Part shown: positions 48,986 to 62,264 of the stretch, piece by piece
Numbering within the stretch: the first letter of the stretch is position 1
How the letters are laid out: each line of letters starts with the position of its first letter
NCBI GenBank assembly: GCA_045837725.1
Contig: JBEWZL010000132.1
Location: 186,001-250,000 of the forward strand
Source: Vermamoeba vermiformis
Taxonomy: Eukaryota
DNA length: 64,000 bases
Direction: 5' to 3'
The notes under the pieces: model-generated
The model's database searches: none
What the model was told of the DNA's origin: nothing
Seen by the model: only the letters and a program-made list of their open reading frames with translations
Made by a program: the position numbers and the translations under genes

Positions 48986-51830
48986 TCAACAGCGCTCAAA
49001 CACTTTGTACAACTTCTCCAAGGCCGCGACTTGAATCACCGTGCCGTCATTCGCGAAGGCACGTGGTGGCACCATGACACTGCGCAGGGCAGGCATGATC
49101 ACGTGCTCTACGGTCCACTCACGGGTCTCGAGCTCTTTCGTGCGCTGTGCGACTTCTTCAGCCGGCAGTGGATGCAGTGCATAGAACTCCGCCAACTCGC
49201 GCGAGAGTGTTTCAAAGCACTCCTGCTCGTCCTTCCACTCGACCTATCGACTGCTATGTGAGTATAATGGGCTGACAATAGCTCGTTGAAGTACGTACCT
49301 CAGTGCCGAGGCGCAAGATGAATGTGGCGAGTGCGTCAATGTCCGGCACGTAGTTGTCAATCAACAGCGGCAGTCCAACGAGATTGCCATCGTCATCGAT
49401 CTGAATGTTGAAGTACTCTTTCAACATGGCGGCTCGTGTGCGCAACAGCTCCACAATGTACTGCAGCCAATCAGCATCAGATGAACACACGATATCGATG
49501 GAGGAGTACTTACAGTGGCAATAGTCTCCTTGTCGCCATCATTCGGATCATAGCCCGAGAGTGGGTGATCGAGTGCGAGCAGGACGAGGTCGTGCACAGG
49601 GGCAGGATTGGACAGCTTGATCGTGGACATGCAGGCAAAGTTCTGCAGCACGGACTGGTACATGAGCTCTTTGCTGAGCACGCACATGTTGCACAAGTAG
49701 AGCTTGGTCTTGTACTGCAACAGCACCGATCGATCGTCAACAGCCCCCACAAAGGTGTAGTTCTTGAATATCTGTTGCAGGCCCGCGTGTCCTGCCTCTT
49801 TGACCTCACTCAGCAGATTGAGCACCGAGGTCAGTTGGGGTCTCTTGCGCTTCTTCAGCTTGGGCTTGCTGTGATACATATGTTAGTGACATGTCACACA
49901 TCCACACAACACCACTTACGCCATGGTGTGGTCGGTGTCCTCGCGATTGTTGTCGTTGTACGTCAAGTCGCTGCTCGCTTCATCATCTTCGCGCGGTCGT
50001 TTTTTGCCTTGTTTCTTGTTTGCAGTGTCAAAGTCCTCATCGACATCCATGGAAGCACCAGCGAGGGGCAGTTTGGAGGACATTTGATTGGTGTTGTTGT
50101 TGGTAGTGTTGGCTGGTGACATGAACGAGTGCAATGTTTGACTGCGCGCATCAGTCCGCACCATCTTGTTCTGATAGACAGGCTTCGTAGTGTTGGTATT
50201 GTTGCTGTTCGTGTTGTTCATGCTGCTGTTGGTGCCACTCTCCACGATATCATCAGCCATCACATTGGGCACCAGTGTTTGCTGCCGCGAGTGTCATTCA
50301 TTGAGTTCAATAGTGTCGCGAGTACGTACCTGAGTGTTGAATGTGCGCGCAGCATTGGTTGAATCCAGTTTCTGCACGACTTGCTCGCGGATCTTGTCGA
50401 TAATTTCATCCTCGTGCAAGAAGCGCACTTCACTCTTGGTTGGGTGCACGTTGACATCCACTGTGCGCGGATCCAAGTGCAAGCTGATGTACATGAAGGG
50501 GTGATTGCCCTTGGGGAGGTACAACGAGTAGACTTGTTCTATCGTCCTCTTCAGTGTGGGCGAGTCCACCAAGCGGTCTGTGCAATCAGTGTTACGACGA
50601 GTGTATTGACACGGTGTTACTCACTGTTGATAAAGAGGATAAAGGAACTCTTCTTCGAGCGATAATTCGGTGAGGTCACATAGGCGTCAACAGTGAACTT
50701 GAGCTGGTCGTCTTTGTAGTTGATCTCAAAGATGTCATTCGCGACTTTGGGTCCGAACAGCTGTTTGATGCTCTCTTTCATCGTGCTGCAGCGCTGCGTG
50801 TGCACATCAGAGGTATTCTCGCCCATCTGACTGGGTGTTAATATCAGGCCTTAGTGTCACTGTTGTGCGTACCTTTTTCAGACTGAACGACACACTGTAA
50901 TTGTGCAGGGCATATTTAGTGACTACATCGACAATCTTCAAGTACTCGTCGTTGGGCTGTTTCAGTGCTTTCTTGCGCGAAGTGATGTTGTAGAACATAT
51001 CTTCAACTGTGATTTGCGTGCCCTTGACACCTGCGCACGGCTTTGGATCTGCTGATTCGCCGTTCTTGCCTACTAGTTTGCCATCTTGGTAATACGCTCT
51101 GCAATCAATAATATATTATATCATCGTATCTATCATGCATTAATACCGTTAGAACTCACCTGTAAGCGCACGTCGCGTCAGCTGTCATGGTTACAATCTG
51201 CACGTGCGCAATGTGACTGATAGACGCAAGTGCTTCACCTCTAAAGCCAAATGTAGTGATCTTTTTCAAGTCTTCAAATCTAGGTGATAGTGATTGTTAA
51301 CAGCTAGTTATCAGTAAACGATGTGCACATACTTCTCGAGTTTCGAAGTCGTCCAACGTTCGCAAACAATCGGCAAGTCCTCTTTCTGTTACAATGAGTA
51401 AGACAAGCAGCGCCTTGTTGACAAATACACATACCTTAATGCCGCAGCCATTGTCTTGGATTTGCAGCATTTTGATGCCACCACCTTTAACGACGATCCG
51501 AATATTTGTCGCGCCGGCATCTAAACAATTTTCCATCATTTCTTTTATCGCATTGGCTGGTCTGTGAATAACCTCCCCTAAAAATAACGATACGGTTCAA
51601 TTTAAAAATTCCAAGTAGCAGATCTGAAATAAATTCTCATTACCTGCAGCAATTCTGTTCACTACAGTTGGGTCTAATTTTTTAATTCTCCTTGGCTCTG
51701 AAAAAGAGCTGTCTAAAAGTGAAGAGTCGACAGTAAGATTGGTCGAATTGCCTTCCGTTGTATCATCCACCTCATCGTCTGACCTCTGCTCATCCACATT
51801 ACGCTCTATAATCTCCGTGTCTTCATCCAT
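48986..51830 (-). CDS. MLH1: DNA mismatch repair protein MLH1
   Basis: [54 protein letters not shown] and C-terminal LYKVFERC. Confidence 0.97.
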
Positions 51831-52029
51831 GGTCAGCGTTCGCGGAAATGGCAATGTTGCCGTGCGGGTGATTTGGCTTGAAAAAAGTCCGAAGAAAATT
51901 TGCCCTGCCCGACAATTTTTGACGATCAAATTTTTTGGTTCGACCAATTTTTGACCCCTCCAAAAGTATCCTTTCGTTCCTTTGTCTATTTAGCACGGTA
52001 AGAGGCCTAGTCACACAAACACAACCACC

Positions 52030-53029
52030 ATGGTATGTATAAATGGCATATTCAGCACTGCTAGCAGCGATTTGTAGATATCGAAGTTGACGAACGGGCA
52101 TCCAGAATCTTGCATTCGAAGTCAAAAATACTATTAACAATAGATGTATAATATCGCATTCAGTTATTATTATTTATACTGTGCGTTACTATTGTATTTG
52201 TAGTTTTGGCTTCGAATCAGATTTTTATTATCGTTCTTTATCTTTATTATAATTATTATCGTTCGTCAATGTAATAATTTACGTTATTATAATATGAAAC
52301 GAATTATTATACAACAAATGCAGATAATTGATACTAAATAATAATTTTTTTTTAGGGTATCGACCTTGATCGTAAACACAAGAAGAACACTAACCGTAAA
52401 GTCGCCAAGTCTGACGATCCTTATCTTAAGCTTTTGATTAAGGTACATGTTAGGCAGTGGAAACATGATAATGTTGAATCCAAAAATTATTGTGGATCGT
52501 CTACGCCAATTTTATCACCACACCCAATAATATTTATTAACGCGAATTATTGTAGCTTTATGCTTTCTTGGCCCGCAGAACCGAAGCCAAGTTCAACAAG
52601 ATCATCCTCAAGCGATTGATGATGTCCAAGATGAACCGCCCTCCTCTTTCCTTGTCCCGTGTTGCCAAGTTCTTGAAGGGCAAGAACGAGAAGACCATCG
52701 CCGTTGTTGTTGGTACCGTCACTGACGACGTTCGTTTGTTGGACGTTCCCAAGATCAGCGTTTGCGCACTTCGCTTCACCGAATCCGCTCGTGCTCGCAT
52801 CGTCAAGGCTGGAGGTCAAGTTTTGACTTTGGACCAATTGGCTATTCAACGACCCACTGGTGCCAACACTTTGTTGTTGAGAGGTCCTCGTAACGCCCGT
52901 GAATCCGTTAGACACTTCCGTGGCATTCACGGCAAACACGCTGCTCCTTATGTCCGTGGAGAGTCCAAGACTGGTCGCAAGTTCGAACGTGCCCGTGGTA
53001 GACGTAACAGCCGTGGCTTCAAGATCTAA
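52030..53029 (+). CDS. RPL18: 60S ribosomal protein eL18
   Basis: ATG, intron, then [29 protein letters not shown] and FERARGRR; strong codon bias. Confidence 0.97.
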
Positions 53030-53243
53030 ATTTGTGCTGACTGTTATTAAAATAATAAAAACCAAAACCCTATGTGAAAAGTCTAATATAGAAGCGACTC
53101 TTATACTAGCATTTAACAGTTATTTAATGGCACTATACACATGGGTGATCCAAGCAGATCAGAATGAATGAGTCGCTGCACTACGCACACAATATTACAA
53201 CGGCAGTACTCATAGTAATAATAGCTCGCTTATTGTGGCTCAT

Positions 53244-54313
53244 TTAGTTCTTGCAACAGCCACCCTTCTCTGTCGTCGTGTTGGTCGGCTCTTCAATAAT
53301 AATTCTGGGCTTCGTAGTCGCGCTGGGCAGCTTGGTGGCACTGGACTCGCGCTCGACAATGCCTGTGGACGATAATTACGGACTGTTAGGTACTGCCCTG
53401 TTAGGTATACGTTCGCGCTTGTACGTACGCTTGGTGAGATCCAAGAACAGTTCAGCAATGCCTTTGTCTAGCTTCGCAGAGGTGTGGTAGTGTTTCGCTC
53501 CGACACTCGCAGCATATCTAATAGGAAAGAATAGGGCTTAGTCTCAGTGTCACCGATAGAGTCGCTGCACGTACTTCTCGGCCTCGTCCACGGTGACCAC
53601 GCGATTAGCTTCAAGATCGATCTTGTTGCCCACAATGGCGAGTTCAATGTCTTTGCCGAGCATTTTGCGCAGCTCTTTGACCCAGTTCTGTACGCGCACA
53701 AATGAATTGCGATCTGTAATGTCATACACGAGAATAGCACCTAATGCAACTCATTAAGCACTAGCAATAAGTACAATAAGATGGTGATGGCACGTACCAT
53801 TAGAGTCGCGATAGTAAATAGGACCTAACGAGCTGTAAACGAAAATAAATTAGTGGATCTGGCGCGAATGGTGTTAAATAATAATATTTATTAACAAACG
53901 GTACTATAGAAATAATAATATTATTTTAATTAGTGACTTACTGAAATCTTTCTTGTCCTGCTGTGTCCTATAATTGAAACAAATATTAGTCGAAAATTAC
54001 AGCGAATAGTCTCAAAATATGCTTATAATTATTAATAAAATAGCAGTGCGTATTTACCCAAATAGCCAAGTTTGCACGCTTGCCATCCGGCAGATTTATG
54101 CGTTTATTTTGGTACGAGGCTTGCAATGTTGTTTCGTGTGTAGGATTGAATTTGTTGACTGTAAATCGCAGAAATAATGATGTCTTGCCCACACTACCTA
54201 TTAATAGCATCGAGGAGTTATAATTTTGCTTGCCACAATTAAAAGAATCATTTTTGAGGTCGATCCGCACCTTCACCGAGTAGTACGACTTTATATTGCT
54301 TTAAATCTGCCAT
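53244..54313 (-). CDS. RAB21: Rab21-like small GTPase
   Basis: KVVLLGEGSVGKTSL, TTLQASY, WDTAGQERF..LGPIYYRDSNGA, GNKIDL and GGCCKN*. Confidence 0.92.
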
Positions 54314-54483
54314 ATTATAAATAATTATGTGGTGTGTATATATTACAAGTTAATAATGACAATTATGTCGCTGTGTTTATGTGAAAATGCGAAAATTGGC
54401 TCTGCGCCATAAAATTGATAAACTAAAAGCTGGTTCTCGGCAAGCAGTGCACTTCTGTTATTAATAGTCATATATAGTACACC

Positions 54484-55012
54484 ATGTTGCGTACTGGCTT
54501 GAACGGTATCATCAAATCGACTATGCGTCGAAGCAGTGTCAAAACAAATCTTCGATCGAGTGTTGTCAGCAATACAAAACAGCAAAATAAACAGCACCAC
54601 GGCAACAAAGGTGCTAGTATGGCTGCATTGATTGTTGTCGGACAGAAAAAAGTCTCAATTGTGCAAGAGGACAGCAAATCTCGAAAAATAGGGTAAAATA
54701 TTATTTAATTTTTAATTGCTGATTTGTTGATGCTAATTTAATATGTAATAGCGGCAATTACGATAGCAGAAAGCCATGGACATTTGATATTTATTTCCCC
54801 TTTTTCACAGGTAATTATTTTTTATGTAATATTTGTATTTTGCGCCAAATTTTTGTTTGATTTTTCTAATTAATAATAACCACTTATATACTCATGTTCA
54901 ATATGAAATTGCATTTGTAGTTTACAAATTCCCTTTTTTAATTTTTTTTGCTTGCCATCCACTTTTACGAACGATATTCTTTCTACCTATATTAGATGAT
55001 GATGGTACTTGA
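54484..55012 (+). CDS. ~94-aa mitochondrial-presequence-like microprotein ending DDDGT (alternative terminal exon gives DDDGV, stop at 55071)
   Basis: Exons 54484-54692 and 54752-54810, then 54996-55012 or 55055-55071; splice phases are compatible. Confidence 0.65.
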
Positions 55013-55850
55013 CCAAGCCAAACAATACCTGACCCTCTATATATTCAACACTAGATGACGATGGCGTTTGATTTTTGCCGAATATTCTTGTCACAAACGC
55101 TTTCAACTTGCGAATTTAATTAAATAACCCAAATGGAGTGATACGCTTTTAATACCAATAACTATACTCAACCCTTCATGCACCATTCATGCCCAGTCTT
55201 GTATTCATATGCACTTGTAATATATTCCCGTTGTTATTAAAATCGTGCCACACCAGATCTGCCCTTGAGAATTGTTTGTATCAAAGATCAAGTCAGGCAC
55301 GCATGATGTAATAGTATTTGACTTAGAGCACTGCCACTGATGGCAGGTGGTGTTGACGATTACACATCCAGTTGTAGTAACACCTTTTGAGACGAGCGCG
55401 ATGACAGCGCCATTCATGTGCACAGCTCGTGTTTCATCCCACATGGTCCTGGCTGTTGAGTGGCAGTGACGGTCAGTGCTTCAAAGCGTGGCACTTCGCC
55501 TCACACCTTGCAACCTAGTGCGATGTGTACCACAACGATCACGCGATCATATCCATCATATCGGCGGCAGTCACATGCCGCACAACACTATGCACACATT
55601 GACTGCACAAAGAGGATGTGTGTGGAAAGTGTGCAGTCGTCCACTGAGCTGGGCTGTGTGCTGCTGGTACGTGGTGTGACACTCTTTGACGCGTGTCTCA
55701 CATCCTGTTTCTCACCCGATTGTGTTGAGTGTTTGTTTTGCACTCGTCTTAACTGAGTACCACAAGGTGGTGGAGCGAAGGAACAGAGCTAATAGCTGTA
55801 AAGCCATCGTGCAGTGTTCACATCGCGCATTAAATGTTCTGTACAGTCGT

Positions 55851-56975
55851 TTATTTGTTGCATTTACATGTCGCTGATGTGCCACAGTCACAAAAGAATC
55901 TGAAGAACAGATCAGTACCAGACCACGCGTCAGTGCAATAGCTACATACCCTGTGGATGTCACTGGCTCACTCAGCTTGTGGCCTGCGTGACAAATGCGT
56001 GCACAAACATCGCAACAGCCCTCAGAGTCGATCAGGCCACACGTGTAGCACTGGAACCAGACCTGTGGCGCGTATTCACGACCAGTGGCAGTGAATGTGC
56101 ACTTGTTGTTCTTGCGCGCATTCTCGACGCGTTGTGTCATCGTGTTCTGCTTCTCTTTGGCAATGGCCTGGCCCAGAGTCTCCATGATGAACTCCATCTG
56201 TGCATTGCTGATGGGTGCGTCAATGTCAGGGTCCTCCATGTGTTCGAACAACCACTCCATGGCGAGGTCAGGGTTCATGCTGTGACACGTGTCAATCACC
56301 GAGTGCTAGTCGACTGTCAAAGTGTCACTTACGAATTGAGCAGCAAGGCTTTGTTAGCTCTGTTGGCAGGGAAGCCCATGTCAATCATGGTGTTGAGGGC
56401 CTGCTCTGCGTGTGGGAATGCGCGCTTGATCTCTTGCTGTATTCGCTGTGCGGGTGTGAGCTGTGGTGGAGGGGGCATAAAGGACGAAACTATGTCCTGC
56501 ACCATGCTCTGGATCTGCTCTGTGGTAGGCTGGGGTGCCACAGGCTGTCAAACAGTGTCAGTTAGATAACACGTGCTATATATAAGCTCCTTACTGTCTG
56601 TGGTGGCGGTGCTTCAACTTTCGGCTTGGCTGTCAGCTGCAGAAATTTGAGTTGAATTCGTCGTGGTGCTAGTCTTCAATTACTTACTGAGTATAAAAAC
56701 AGCACGTGATCGTTTTCATTTACTGGCCGAAGTCCTTGTTCATCTGTAATATCTCTTCCTTGAAAAATCAATTTGGTTTCTGGTGGGATGTACAGTCCTT
56801 TGGTCGACAAAATTGCTTTAATTTTATTTTTGATGGCATTGATCTAAAATATATTTTCATTAATTATGTGATATTTTAAAATTGAGCAATTAAATTTGTT
56901 AATTACCCCTTCATTTTTCTCGACTTGAATTCTAAACGGATCTTTGACTGCCACTGTGCGCACCCAAATGTTCAT
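55851..56975 (-). CDS. UBL-UBA-UBR-box protein (UBAC1-like N-terminal half)
   Basis: KLIFQGRDI (UBL), MIDMGFP..ANKALLLN..AMEWLFEH.EDPDID (UBA) and CTF..Q.WFQCYTC..CCDVCARICHAGH..FFCDCG (UBR box). Confidence 0.85.
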
Positions 56976-57207
56976 ATTGTATTAATTAAGTATACTACTG
57001 TAGTTAACTCACCAAACACTGTGCTGTGTTGGTATTGCGGTGTGAAAATTTCGAATTTGAACAACAGTACGGAGCACAATAACTAGCTCAGTTCTCAGAA
57101 TTGAAATGTGTGCTCTATTGTAATGAATACTAGCTATTAATAGGCGCTGTTAGGTAAGTGGTGATTTTAATTACAAAGTGCTCGTTGTTGCAGTACACTC
57201 TCGTCGT

Positions 57208-57984
57208 TCAATCAAAGTCATCGTTCGACTCTTCACTGCTCGACTCCTCTTCAGCCGAAGAGCTCTTCTTATTGTTGTTGTTGTTCGTGGCCTTGGTGTT
57301 GGACTTGTTGTTGTTGTTGTCTTCCTCTGAGGACGAGGACTCCGAGGACACGCTTTCCTTCTTCTTTTTCTTCTCTGCCTCTTTAGCCTTGTCCTTGCCC
57401 TTCGCAGGAGTGGTAGTGCTAGAGCTCTTCTTGCTCGGTGAGGCAGGCACGGAGGTCTTCTTCTCCTGCGAGCTCTTCACTGACGGCAGATCTGCGCCAT
57501 CTGTCTTCTGTCGCTTGTTGCTCTCTTTAGCGGGCGAGTCATCGCGCTTTCTCTTCTTTGGCACCAAATCAGCCTTGACGTAGCAGCTTGCTACACGTTC
57601 AATTTCTCGGCTAACGAATAATTAGTGTTAGCGGACTAAAATGACAGATCTGATCCACGTACTTGGCTCGGGTAGTGCCGATATGTTCTTTGAGCTTATG
57701 AATATCGAGACCGAACAAACTAAGGCCCTCTTCTAATTTAGCCAATTCGTCGGTGGACCAGAAGCGCTCGGCAATAAACTTCTTTTTTCGCGCTGAACGA
57801 ATTATTAATTCTAAATATTGTAATCGCTTGTAATATCGGTAATAAATTTATAACTTGTTAAATAAAATATATGTTGTCATGAACACGCATAATAAGCTAT
57901 TAAATACGTACCTGAGCCGGGGGCAGGGCTCGCGGCAACGGAAGTAGATCCAACTGAGCCAGGCGTCACTTGCAGTTCAACCAT
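57208..57984 (-). CDS. Small nuclear protein with a SANT/Myb-like domain and a Lys/Ser/acidic tail
   Basis: FWSTDELAKLEEGLSLFG..IGTTR and NLS-like PKKRKR. Confidence 0.6.
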
Positions 57985-58590
57985 TTGTCCAAATAATTTG
58001 CCAAGAGCTTCAAAATGTTCTGCAGCATCGCGGAAGATTGAGCCAAGCTTTGCAGCAAAACGAGATTAAAATGAGCATCACTTCGCGATCGCATCCGCAA
58101 ACAAGAACAAGACTAAACTTACCTTGGCAACGCGTTCAGTAGTTGCTGCGTCCATATTAAAAATTGCAATACTAATACCGAATAGTTCGCGATATTTGTT
58201 TGCAAAAAAAACAGTTCGCTGCAACGGCTATTTTTCGAGCGATGAAAAAACACAACTTCGACAAGCAAGATGGGGTTACTATATACTTTTATTTTGATAT
58301 CCACAATGAGTTGAGCATTTGCAGGGTGAGTGCATGCTCCTTACAAAAAAAAACATAGGTTGATATTACATGAGTTCTACGAGCTTTGTACAAGGGGATG
58401 TTGTACAATTTACAATGTTACATGTTTGATTTGAATAGAAATTCAAAAGCGTTGTTATTATTTTTGGTTTTTTTGGTTATTATTATAAATGTCAAGGGTA
58501 TTTTTCAATTTCTCTTCGAAATGAATTATAAGCAAAATATTAAATCAAAAAGAAATAGAAAAATAAAGAGATGTATAATCTCTTGCCCTA

Positions 58591-61500
58591 TTATTTGATG
58601 GGACCCATGATCTTCTCGAGGCGAGCAATGATGTGCTTGCCGTAAGTGTACTTCTTGAGCGTGTTGATGTGGGGCTTGATCTTGTTGATGATCTTCTCGC
58701 GCTGTTCCGAGTCGCAGAGATCAATAATCTTCTGAATCACGTAGTTGGCGTATTGGTCCTTCATCATCACTTCGAGAGGGATGACGCCGTCGGGTGTTTC
58801 AGTCAAGATTTCGTCAATCATGCGAATGCGCTCTTCAGTGGTGCCGTGCTGCACACACTTCTCGATGACATTGCTCGCAAACTTGTGTTGACTGAGCTGC
58901 AAGTGTTTGCCGCGCAGTTGAATCACAATGCCGTGCTGATCTTCGGGTCGTCCGTGTTCGAGGACGTGTTGAATGACGTAGTTGCCGTACTGGTCTTGAA
59001 CGAGACTCAAGGTGCACTGCAACAACTCCTTCAAGACTGGGGCCTGCAACAAGACTTGTTCTTCACCGCAGTACTCGAGAATTCGTTGAATCACTCGGCA
59101 GCCGTAAGGATGTGTGGCCAGTTGATAGACACGACCAACAAATGTGTCGATGATGAATTGCACGTGTGAGGGCGGGACCTGTTCGATCACCTTTTGAATG
59201 ACGTGATTGCCGTTCTGGTCCTTGATGCACTTCAGCACGTGGCCTTCAAGCTCACGGACGAGTTTGGCTTGCTGATCGACACTGATGACTTCGAGGGCCT
59301 TCTGTACAACACGGCAGCCGTACATTTGAAGTGAGAGCTGCAAGACGTGACCTTGCAAGACATCGCCGAGCATGCGCTTCTGATCGGGAGTGCCGTGCTC
59401 GAAGAATTTCTGAATGACGTAGTTGCCAAAGACATCGGTCATCAATTGCAAGGCATGAGGATAGATCTCTTTGAACACCATCTGTTTCTCAGCAACACTG
59501 GCGGTCTCGAGCTTCTGTTGAATGAATCTTGAACCGTGTTGATCGCCGCTGAATTCAACAAAGTGGCCCACAAGATCCTTGAGCTCGTACTTGCGAGTGT
59601 TCTTGCTGTTGCGGAACTCTTCCAGCAAAGTGGAGCGGACGGGATGGTTGGCTGACTGAGGTTGGGCTTGCTTGGCATGTGCGGCAGGAGTGGCGTTGGT
59701 GAGTGGAGTGGGAGCAGGGTTGACAGGGAACTGTGAGGCAGCATTGGCGTAGTTGTTGCCCATGGAAGCTGAAGGAGGCATGTTGTGAGAGGGAGCGAAG
59801 GCAGCGTTGATGCTGGGAGTGGCGAGAGGGTTGTTGAATTGGCTGAATTGGCCAAACGAGGGTTGATTCATCTGCGAGTGGTAGCTCGGTTGTTGGGGAG
59901 GTTGAGCTTGCACGGGCATGCGTGTGCGAGGTGCTTGAACATTGGAGTTGAGGACGTATTGCTGTTGATAGAGGGAGGCACCAAGATTGAGATTGGGGTT
60001 CATATCATTGGGATCGTAGTACTCTGCGGATTGTGGCATGGGCATGTGTTTACCTGCGCCGTTGGATCCGGTGCGGTCGAAAGGAATACCGACAGGTCCG
60101 AACATGGCAGATTGACCGACTTGCTTGGCAGGTGAGCTGGGTCGTTGCGGCACATTAGACTTGGCATTCCAAGGACCTCCTTGACCCACAGAAGAGTACT
60201 GCGAGTTGACGGGCACGGGGATCACACCTTGCACAGGGACGGGCATTTGAGTGGGATTGCCATACATACCCTGCTGGTGATTGCCAAAGTTCGAGTAGGG
60301 GCCGTAGCCAGGCTGGTTCTTGTTCATGGGCAATTTGCCGCTGCTTGTCAGACCCATAGGTGTGGGAGTGTTGCCACGGCTGTTCTTGCCCATGTGCTCG
60401 TTCTGCAGTGAGAGACCTTGCATCTGTTGGCTCAAATCATCGTTCTGGTAGATCGAGTACGAGCCCGACGACGAGAGAGGATTGCCTGAAGGAGGCGCTT
60501 GTTGGGACATCAGATCTGTCAAGCGAGAATTGCTAGCTGTCTTCTTGAACGGCAATTTAGCATTGGCAAGGATCGGCGAGGGTGTGCGAGGGAAGTCTGA
60601 TTGAATTTTGTCCACAAGAGACTTCGGTCTGCCTCCCATTGGATTGTGGATGCCGTTACGCGGATCGTCTTCCAAATATTTCCAGCTGCCATTGTTATCC
60701 TCCGGAGCAAGATCTACGTCATATTCACATGAGAACTGTATGACTAATAACTATCCAAAAGCTGCTCTTACCTTGTCCGTCTTGCTGATCCTCGGGGTAT
60801 TCCTCATCACCATTTTCCTAAATAAATTTGTAAGCATGCATCCAATCAAAATTCTAGTATCCTCGCTGTATTAATATGATCATTTTGCTTGTTGATAATA
60901 ATATTTCAATAATTTCTTCTCGATCCGACAACTTACTTGAAACTCTAAATTAAATAAACGTTAGTATTGATTATTACAACGGTATTATAAATAAACATAC
61001 TGTTCGGTCCATTATAGAAGTTTTGTTCCCAAGAAATTAATGGAGGAGGCAAGCGGGGATCAAGCGGCCGTTGCGAGTAATAGTAGGCGTAGTAATCTGG
61101 AGTGTAGCGTACGTCGTTCGTTATTTCAGTCATAGGGGGTACATTAGCCACTACTTGTTGCTAAAAATAAAATAATCTTAAAACGTTGTTTCGATCGCAA
61201 ACTGAAAGAGGTTATTGGATTTGTAGCTTTTTTTTCGAATAGAAATAATTGCATGTATTTATTTATAATATGTGCTGTACGTAACTGTAATTATTTGATG
61301 CTAAATGAAACATCGATTATTTTAGAAAACAATGAAAAATTCAGATTTTAAAAAGATGTAGATTGGGCGCACAGCTGCCGACGAAGGCATTAAGCCCATT
61401 ACACGTCAATATTGTAATAAACATTTATAAAGCAGCATATTCGTTATTCAAATGATCGCGCCGAAATAATGTACAGCGAGTTTAATAAATTGATTTGCTC

Positions 61501-61815
61501 TTTTAAAAGAGACGGTATAATAAGCATCTAAATTGCAATTTACATCAAAATAATTATACAATAATATAATTTGCGACGTTGCATAATTGAAATTGTGTAA
61601 AACCGTACCTGTTCGTGCATCTCGGCCTGATGCAGATGGAAAAGGGGCGGGGCAGAAGCAGGTCGCCCTGTTTGTTGTGCTATTTGAAAATGTGTTTGGG
61701 CGACATTAAGATGCGGCTGCTGCGAGGCGTGCTTGCCGTTGCTCTGCTTGTCTAACGTCTCATCTCCATCGTGCAAGATGTTGCCAATAAGTTGCGTCTC
61801 AGGCAAAGTAGTCAT
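58591..61815 (-). CDS. Pumilio-family (PUF) RNA-binding protein
   Basis: Eight Puf repeats ([24 protein letters not shown]); N-terminal [21 protein letters not shown] and [17 protein letters not shown]. Confidence 0.96.
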
Positions 61816-62264
61816 GGAATGCTCTGCTACAAAGAGACACACCAAGTGCAACTAATTGAATAAATATATAATAATAATAAAGAGAGAGGATAGTAACCAA
61901 CTCCACGCAAGAGAACCGATAAAAAACAAGTCGCAAAACGAACAAAAAAAACCACCGCACAAAATTTCCTCCCTCGTCACCTGATTGGCCCTGGTCGAGG
62001 TACGTTACAAACACCAAGTCTAAAAATACCTGTGCGGTATACGTGCGTGTTGCCACAAAGACGCTCGCTCTGTTCTCGCTCTGTTGGGAAGATCCCGCTA
62101 AAATGAAGTGCAATGAGGTCGTATAATGTTACTAATACCACGATCGCGCGTTATTGTAGGCGATTATCGTTAATGGGCGCTGTATTGTGCGGTACGATCA
62201 ATAAGAGACCTCGGGGAAGGTTTTGGTGAACTATACAACAATAACTTTATTACACAATGATATA

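Noticed and set aside
52033-52355. Long first intron of RPL18 as a snoRNA host
   Set aside because: No convincing C/D or H/ACA box arrangement was found by eye.
57070-57120. TAGCTCAGTT, a tRNA A-box-like sequence
   Set aside because: No B-box (GTTCRA) at a suitable distance and no cloverleaf.
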